DNA of 12,268 nucleotides from a bacterium (GTDB lineage: Bacteria; RBG-13-61-14; DATKZS01). Position 1 is the stretch's first letter, and the number at the start of each line of letters is the position of its first letter. This document shows positions 6,560-12,268 of the stretch, in pieces. The stretch covers positions 1 through 12,268 of the forward strand of contig JAWOBU010000091.1 of assembly GCA_046484135.1 (NCBI GenBank). The letters are read 5' to 3'. A program made the translations under genes and the position numbers. Under the pieces are notes generated by a model. It ran no database searches, was not told where the DNA came from, and saw only the letters and a list, made by a program, of their open reading frames with translations.

Positions 6560-9500
6560 TTAGAGAGTTGCCGGGATTGAATCGTCGTGTAACTCGGCCT
6601 CGATTACCGCCATGGTCTTCTTCTCGTTCCAGCCGGGGACCTCGGCGGCGTTGTTCGGGCAGGTGGCTTCGCACATTCCGCAGGCCTGGCAAGCAGCCGG
6701 ATCAACTATGATGCAGTTCTTTTCCGCGTCAAAAGAACGGGCCTCATAAGGACAGACCTCTATGCAGCGCCGGCAGCGAGAGCAGAGAGCATCGTGAACC
6801 ACCGACACCACCCGGGGCGTGTGGATTTCCCCGCGGGCCAGGTACTCGTACGCTTTCTGGGCCACGGCCTCCGCCTGCATCATGCTCTCGTTCAACGTCT
6901 TGGGCGAGTGGGCGACGCCCGCTACATATATGCCCAGCTTGTTGAACTCGACCGGCCGCCACTTGGGGTCTGCTTCAACAAAGAAGCCGTCTTCGTTTAC
7001 TTCCACCCCGAACAAGCGGGCCAGCTCGGCATTTGACCGGCTCGGCTCTATGCCGGTGGCCAGGACAACCTGGTCGGCCTTGACTTCCATGGGCATCTGC
7101 AACACGTCGTCGGTGAACTTCACCACCGGCTTGTCATCTGCAACCTCGACCTCCGGCTTGCCGTCCAGGTCGTACTTAACAAAGATCACTCCCTGCCCGC
7201 GGGCCTGCGTGTAGTACTGCTCGAAGTAGCCGTAACTCATCATGTCCCGGTTCAGGATGTAAACGTTCGCTTCCGGGTTCTGCTCCAGTATCTTGAAAGC
7301 GTTCTTCAAAGCGCCGGCGCAGCAGACCCGGCTGCAGTACTCCCGCCCTCCTGGCTCGCGGGAGCCCACGCACTGGATCATGACCACGTTGTTCAGATCG
7401 CCTGCATTTACGCTGCCCCCGGCCAGCCTTTTTTCGAACTCGGACTGGGTCATGATGCGGTCGCTCTTGCCGTAGGAGTACTCGGAGGTACTTCCTTCAT
7501 GTCCGCCTGTAGCCAGGATGACCGCGCCGTGCTCTATCTTCGTGGTTTCTCCGCTGTTCAAGTTTTTGATGGTGGAGCGGAAACACCCCATGGTCCCGTC
7601 ATCTTTTATGACCTCGCTGTTCAAGTGCAGGGTTATGTTCTGCCGGTCCTGTACCTGTTCAGTCAGGCTTTCCACCAAGTGGGCCGTGTCCAGGCCGTCC
7701 ACCGTGTACTTAAGCTCGTTGCCGGCGTGCCCCCCGAGCTGGCGGGACCTCTCCACGATGTGGACAAGAATTCCTCGTTCGGACAAGGACAGGGCAGCCT
7801 TCATTCCTGCCACTCCCCCCCCTACTACCAGCGCGGCCTGGTTTATGAATATCTTGTCCACGTGAAGCGGCCTGGTCAGCCGGAGCTTCTCGAGGTTTAC
7901 CATGATCTCGTTGGTGATCCATTTCATCCACTGGTTGTTATGGGGGTCGGCGATGCCGGTCCTGGCCACGTCCAGAAGGTCGAACACCTCGACCAGGGAG
8001 TAGTTGAAGCCTGCGCCATGCGCGATGTCTTTGAGCTTGCGCTTGTACACGTAAGGAAGGCAAGCCCCGAAGAGGATACGGTTGCACCTGGTTTTCTTGA
8101 GAATCTCCTCGAGCTCTTCCCGGTTCTCCTCCCGGCAGAGCGAGTCCACGATGTGGACCTCGTCCACCCCGTGCAGCTTTTCTATTTCCGCGCCGAACGG
8201 CTCCAGGTCCAGACCGCCGGGGACCTTCTCGTCCTTGCACCTGCACATGATAAGTGCGACCCGCGGCCACTCCCGGTCTACCTCCCGTTCGACAACCTCG
8301 CTTTCTCCTATTGAGTTCGCTTTCAATGACGCCAGCAGCTTGGAGGCCTCGCTCGCTGCCGCAATGCCGCTGGTGATGGACTCGCTGATGTCGGTGAGTC
8401 CGGTCAATGAGCCGCATACGTAGATGCCTTCCTTGCCGACCTTGACCTTGCTGAACTCCTCCGTCTTCAGGAAGCCCTCGGGCGAAAGCTCGACGTCCAG
8501 CATCCGGGCGAGCTTTTTGTGGTCCTCGAACGGGGCCTGGCCGGTCGAGAGAACGACCATGTCAAAGGCATCCTCTTTAAACTCGCTGGAGGAGGGATCG
8601 TAATAACGGATCAGCAGGGTCCCGTCCGGTTCTTTGAGCACCTCCTGCACCCGGCAGCGGACCAGCCTGACCCCGTGCTCATTTTCCGCTTTTTCGCGGT
8701 AGCGGTAGAAGTCCTTTCCAAAGGTCCTCATGTCCATATAGAAGATGGTGGTCTCCATGTCCGGCCCGCCTTCTTCATGGGCCAGCACCGCTTCTTTCAG
8801 GGCGAACATGCAGCAGATGGACGAGCAGTAGTCCCGGCCGTGCCTCCTGTTTCTCGATCCCACACACTGAATCCACGCTATGCGGCGGGCAGGCTTTCCG
8901 TCCGAAGGCCGGTGGATTTCTCCGTCATAGGTCCCGGAGCCGCTCAGGATGCGCTCGAACGCCAACGAGGTCACCACGTCCTCCGACACGGTGTAAGGCT
9001 TGGCGTCGTCCTGGGTTTCCGGGTCGTACAGCGAAATCCCGGAGGCGAAGATTACAGCGTCCACTTGCACCTCATCGGTCTCGTCCTGTGCGTCCAGGTC
9101 AATGGCGTCCATGGGACAGACCTTCATGCACTCGCCGCATTTGTTACAGGCGTTGGTGTCCACCACCAGCATCTGGGGAAGGTTGTGGGGAACCGGCTGA
9201 TATATGGCCTTCCGGGTGGTCAGGCCGTGATTGAACTCGTCCGGCACTTCCACGGGACAGACCTCGACGCACTCGCCGAACCCGTTGCATATGTCGGTGT
9301 TCACGTGGCGGGCGTGCTTTATGAGCTCGACCTGGTAAGCGCCCGCGTCCCCCTGGATGGAGTTCACTTCGGTGAAGGGCATGATCTCTATGTTGTCGTG
9401 GAACAGGCTTTTTCTCATGCAGTGCTGGGAGGCGTACTCCCTTCCGACCATGGGCAGCATCCTGCACATCCCGCAATGGTTGTTGGGGAACTGGTGGTCC

Positions 9501-9646
9501 AGCTTCGCCAGGATGCCTCCGATGTGGGGAGACGACTCCGCCAACAGGACCTTGTAACCGGTCTCCGCCAGCTCGAGCGCGGCCTTGATGCCGGCGATGC
9601 CGGCTCCTACCACCAGGACCGTTCCTACTCTCTCTTCCTCTGCCAT
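6560..9646 (-). CDS. hdrA: Large HdrA-like flavo-iron-sulfur protein with two tandem FAD modules, 1028 aa
   Basis: Two Rossmann motifs (VVGAGIAG, VVGGGVAG), two IQCVGSR...YCSxxCC..ALK blocks, an inserted ferredoxin, an internal HdrA N-domain (CRC..LC..AC) and C-terminal 2x CxxCxxCxxxCP. ATG 9646 has an AGGAG RBS. Confidence 0.92.
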   Translation of the reverse strand: MAEEERVGTVLVVGAGIAGIKAALELAETGYKVLLAESSPHIGGILAKLDHQFPNNHCGMCRMLPMVGREYASQHCMRKSLFHDNIEIMPFTEVNSIQGDAGAYQVELIKHARHVNTDICNGFGECVEVCPVEVPDEFNHGLTTRKAIYQPVPHNLPQMLVVDTNACNKCGECMKVCPMDAIDLDAQDETDEVQVDAVIFASGISLYDPETQDDAKPYTVSEDVVTSLAFERILSGSGTYDGEIHRPSDGKPARRIAWIQCVGSRNRRHGRDYCSSICCMFALKEAVLAHEEGGPDMETTIFYMDMRTFGKDFYRYREKAENEHGVRLVRCRVQEVLKEPDGTLLIRYYDPSSSEFKEDAFDMVVLSTGQAPFEDHKKLARMLDVELSPEGFLKTEEFSKVKVGKEGIYVCGSLTGLTDISESITSGIAAASEASKLLASLKANSIGESEVVEREVDREWPRVALIMCRCKDEKVPGGLDLEPFGAEIEKLHGVDEVHIVDSLCREENREELEEILKKTRCNRILFGACLPYVYKRKLKDIAHGAGFNYSLVEVFDLLDVARTGIADPHNNQWMKWITNEIMVNLEKLRLTRPLHVDKIFINQAALVVGGGVAGMKAALSLSERGILVHIVERSRQLGGHAGNELKYTVDGLDTAHLVESLTEQVQDRQNITLHLNSEVIKDDGTMGCFRSTIKNLNSGETTKIEHGAVILATGGHEGSTSEYSYGKSDRIMTQSEFEKRLAGGSVNAGDLNNVVMIQCVGSREPGGREYCSRVCCAGALKNAFKILEQNPEANVYILNRDMMSYGYFEQYYTQARGQGVIFVKYDLDGKPEVEVADDKPVVKFTDDVLQMPMEVKADQVVLATGIEPSRSNAELARLFGVEVNEDGFFVEADPKWRPVEFNKLGIYVAGVAHSPKTLNESMMQAEAVAQKAYEYLARGEIHTPRVVSVVHDALCSRCRRCIEVCPYEARSFDAEKNCIIVDPAACQACGMCEATCPNNAAEVPGWNEKKTMAVIEAELHDDSIPATL

Positions 9647-9656
9647 GGCGTCTCTC

Positions 9657-10790
9657 CTACTGTCCCTGGCCGGTAACGTCGGTGAACTCGTTTTCATAGA
9701 ACACGGACAAAGGCTGGGGTTCATCCAGGGACCTGCCCGGCAGATACTCGAACCTGGACTGGGTCTTCCGGGCCACCGACCGGAACAGCTCGGCAAGCTG
9801 GATCCCGTTGGGGCAGGCGCTCGAGCACTGGCCGCACCCCACGCACATGGCGCTCATGTGGAGCATCCTGGTCATGTGGAACAGCAGGGTGTCGCTCGGG
9901 ACCTTGAAGAACCCGTGCTTGTCCGCCCAGCTCATGTACTTGTCGCCCGGGTGCCGGAAGGTATCGGTTACAAAGACGCACTCCTTGCAGTAACAGACCG
10001 GGCAGGCCACCCGGCAGTTATAGCAGTTCACGCATCCGGCCAGGTGCTCCTCCAGCTCCCGGAGATCGCTGACCTTCTCTTCGTACTCGTCCAGTACCTG
10101 GTCCCTTTTCTCGGTGCGTTCCGTAACCAGCTTCTTTACCGCTTCCTCCCGGCCGGAGGGGGCCTCGGAGGTCTCCATGCCCAGCTTCTCCCGCACTTCT
10201 TTCCCTTTATCGCTTACCCATTCCACGTACACGTCAGCCGGGCCGGAGCCGATCACGCAAAGCCGGATGTCAACGTTGTCCGGCACCGGGTACTCGCATA
10301 TCTTGCAGGCGGACGCGAGCTCGGGCATGTCCTTGCCATCCCCTTTGCCGTTCAGCGCGAAGTCGAGATACGACTCCGTGGCGCCGCCCTGCCGGGAGAA
10401 CTCGAGGAAGTCCTTGTTCTCGAACCTGCCTACGCAGTCCATGCCGATAAGAAAGAGGTCGTCCAGGTTGGCCTGCTTGAGCTTCGCGAGCTCGAGCAGC
10501 GCCCTGGTCTCGCAGGAGCGCATCACCACGGCGGCCGGTCTTCCGGAGGGCACGCCGGTCAGGTTGGACACCAGCTTGGCCGAGTTGACCGGCACCACCG
10601 GCGCAAACGGGTCCACTGCATCGCATCCCGCCGGTTCGGAGATAAGGGTCGGCATGACCCCGTTCTCGGGCTGGCGCGCCGGCACCAGGGCCGCGTCCAC
10701 CACCTCTTTCTCGAGCAGGCTTTTTAAAAACCCGCCGATCTTCTTGTTAAGGTCTCCTTTACCTTCGGAGAGCCTGCTGAATTCTGCCAT
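9657..10790 (-). CDS. FdhB/FrhB-like (F420-dependent dehydrogenase beta-subunit family) Fe-S protein, 377 aa
   Basis: LKSLLEKEVVDAALV, AVVMRSCE.RAL.EL.K..Q, LIGMDC.G, ACKICEYP, CVNCYNCRVACPVCYCKEC, H..R.LHM...CVGCGQCSSACP. GGAGG RBS. Confidence 0.85.
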   Translation of the reverse strand: MAEFSRLSEGKGDLNKKIGGFLKSLLEKEVVDAALVPARQPENGVMPTLISEPAGCDAVDPFAPVVPVNSAKLVSNLTGVPSGRPAAVVMRSCETRALLELAKLKQANLDDLFLIGMDCVGRFENKDFLEFSRQGGATESYLDFALNGKGDGKDMPELASACKICEYPVPDNVDIRLCVIGSGPADVYVEWVSDKGKEVREKLGMETSEAPSGREEAVKKLVTERTEKRDQVLDEYEEKVSDLRELEEHLAGCVNCYNCRVACPVCYCKECVFVTDTFRHPGDKYMSWADKHGFFKVPSDTLLFHMTRMLHMSAMCVGCGQCSSACPNGIQLAELFRSVARKTQSRFEYLPGRSLDEPQPLSVFYENEFTDVTGQGQ

Positions 10791-10858
10791 CTTTAGCCTC
10801 CCGAACTACTGCCTTGTAATTTGTCCAATGTCTGTTTACATCCTTTGCGGTCCCGGGT

Positions 10859-11374
10859 TCAGGAACCCTGGGCCTGCTGGGCCGCCACTTCCTCGCCTTC
10901 GTCCTTTCCTTCTTCCATGCCGCCGTTCAGCGCGGAAAGCAACGCCCTTCTCCTGGCCCAGTCCTTCTTGATGGGGCTCGGGCCCAGCTTTTTCAGTTTC
11001 TCGGTCATCTCGGTCGCGTACTTCTGGAACATGTTGCCGTCGCTGGCCGCGACCCACCGGAGCCAGAACCGGTCCTGCTCGATCCCGAACCTGTCCAGGA
11101 GCTCCTGCACCAGGGCCATTCTGCGGCGGGCCTTCAGGTTCCCGTTGATGTAGTGGCAGTCGCCCGGCCAGCAGCCGCCGATAAACACTCCGTCCGCGCC
11201 TTCCACGAACGACTTGAGCACATACATGGGGTCCACCATGCCGCTGCACATCACCCGGATGATCTTGACGTTCTGCGGATAGCTGAGCCGGGAGCTTCCC
11301 GCCAGGTCGGCCGCGGTGTAGGTACACCAGTTACAAAGGAACGCTACGATTTTCGGTTCAAACTCTTCGCTCAT
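10859..11374 (-). CDS. mvhD: MvhD/FlpD-family [2Fe-2S] adaptor subunit, 171 aa
   Basis: FEPKIVAFLCNWC.Y..ADLAG, IRVMCSG, GADGV..GGC.PGDCHY..GN, LGPSP. AGGAGG RBS. Confidence 0.95.
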   Translation of the reverse strand: MSEEFEPKIVAFLCNWCTYTAADLAGSSRLSYPQNVKIIRVMCSGMVDPMYVLKSFVEGADGVFIGGCWPGDCHYINGNLKARRRMALVQELLDRFGIEQDRFWLRWVAASDGNMFQKYATEMTEKLKKLGPSPIKKDWARRRALLSALNGGMEEGKDEGEEVAAQQAQGS

Positions 11375-11388
11375 ATCTCTTTCCTCCT

Positions 11389-12268
11389 TTAGCTTGCCAG
11401 AAGTCCTTCAATCTCGCTGAAGACCTGTTTCTGAGAGAAATGCCTTATGTCCGCGGCCCCGCTCGGGCAGTGGGCGGCACAGCTTCCGCATCCTCTGCAG
11501 ACCGCTTCGTTCACCACGCTTACCCGGCGGAGCTCATCAAACTCGATGGCCCCGTAAGGACAAAGATTTATGCAAGTCTGGCAGCCTATGCACACGTCCT
11601 CGTCAATGTGCGATATCATGGGCTCGACCACGACCTCCCCGAGGGTGGACAGGGCCTGGGCCTCGCTTGCCGCGGCCTTGGCCTGGGACACCGAGTCGGG
11701 TATGTCCTTGGGCCCCTGGCAGGCGCCTGCCAGGAAAACCCCGGAGGTGGGCGTGGACACCGGCCCCAGCTTGGGGTGCTCTTCCATGAAGAAGCCGTCC
11801 TTGCTCAAGGTCAGCCCGAAGGTCCGCGCTATATCCGGCGCGTCCTTTCTCGCTTCCATGGCAGTGCAAAGGACCACCATCTCGACCGGGACCCGCAACA
11901 TCTTGCCGGTAAGCGTGTCCTCCGCCTTCACCACCAGCATGCCTTCTTCCTCGGGGGACTCCGCCTGGTCCGTAACTTCCGAAGCTTTGCCACGTATAAA
12001 CCTGACCCCTTCCTCCTGGATGCGCTGGTAAAACTCCTCGTAGCCTTTGCCGAAGCAGCGCATGTCTATGTAGAAGTTATAAACCTGGGTCTCATGCCCG
12101 CACTTGTCTTTGACCAGGTGGGCCATTTTGAGTGCGTACATGCAGCAGACCCGGGAGCAGTACTCGTGGTAGTTCTTGTCCCTGCTTCCGATGCAATGAA
12201 GGAACGCCACACTCTGAGGGGGGTCCGAGTATCCCCACTTGTCTTCCGGGTCCTTTTTGAGTATCTCG
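11389..12268 (-). CDS. hdrA: Heterodisulfide reductase subunit A, C-terminal part (start outside window)
   Basis: The frame stays open to the window edge. HCIGSRD, YCSRVCCMYALK, FYIDMRCFGKGYEEFY, HPKLGPV, GACQGPKDIPDSV and 2x CxxCxxCxxxCP. Confidence 0.95.
   Translation of the reverse strand, partial: EILKKDPEDKWGYSDPPQSVAFLHCIGSRDKNYHEYCSRVCCMYALKMAHLVKDKCGHETQVYNFYIDMRCFGKGYEEFYQRIQEEGVRFIRGKASEVTDQAESPEEEGMLVVKAEDTLTGKMLRVPVEMVVLCTAMEARKDAPDIARTFGLTLSKDGFFMEEHPKLGPVSTPTSGVFLAGACQGPKDIPDSVSQAKAAASEAQALSTLGEVVVEPMISHIDEDVCIGCQTCINLCPYGAIEFDELRRVSVVNEAVCRGCGSCAAHCPSGAADIRHFSQKQVFSEIEGLLAS

Noticed and set aside
9647..9796. Longer start for the large HdrA
   Set aside because: It overlaps the FdhB-like gene; ATG 9646 has an AGGAG RBS and directly precedes the Rossmann motif.
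10791..10858. Internal sigma-54 promoter between mvhD and the FdhB-like gene (TTGGACAAATTACAAGGC)
   Set aside because: It does not fit GG-N10-GC spacing. TGGCATAGCCTTAT near 3587 also lacks the -12 GC.
7499..10971. Long plus-strand ORFs (7499..8314, 8519..9676, 9585..10727, 10114..10971)
   Set aside because: Antisense shadows of high-GC genes with strong motifs on the minus strand; they show no recognisable domains.
5152..12268. Selenocysteine recoding in HdrA/MvhD
   Set aside because: All frames are uninterrupted and ligand positions are Cys codons. The mvhD TGA is not at a conserved Cys position and has no convincing SECIS hairpin.
2831..12268. attR duplicate of the tRNA-Thr 3' end
   Set aside because: None seen in the window; CGGCTCCA near 8198 is a short chance match inside a gene.

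Overview
GC-rich anaerobe DNA, most consistent with Desulfobacterota (inferred from gene content). The right 70% is a minus-strand heterodisulfide-reductase gene cluster: hdrA (5' end outside window), mvhD, an FdhB/FrhB-like Fe-S protein, a ~1028-aa HdrA-like protein with two FAD modules, hdrC and hdrB. It is followed by a PAS-domain sigma-54 activator. No hydrogenase or FdhA catalytic subunit is in the window. The left part holds a tRNA-Thr(CGT) with its sigma-70 promoter. Downstream of the tRNA is an AT-rich scar: an orphan promoter with integrase-arm-like repeats, an IS end with a truncated transposase, and a decayed reading frame. Further left are a membrane-anchored sulfatase-fold protein lacking the formylglycine motif and a surface-protein-like gene split by an in-frame TAG and flanked by two copies of the palindrome TGACCGGTCA. 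All family calls come from motif recognition; no database search was run.
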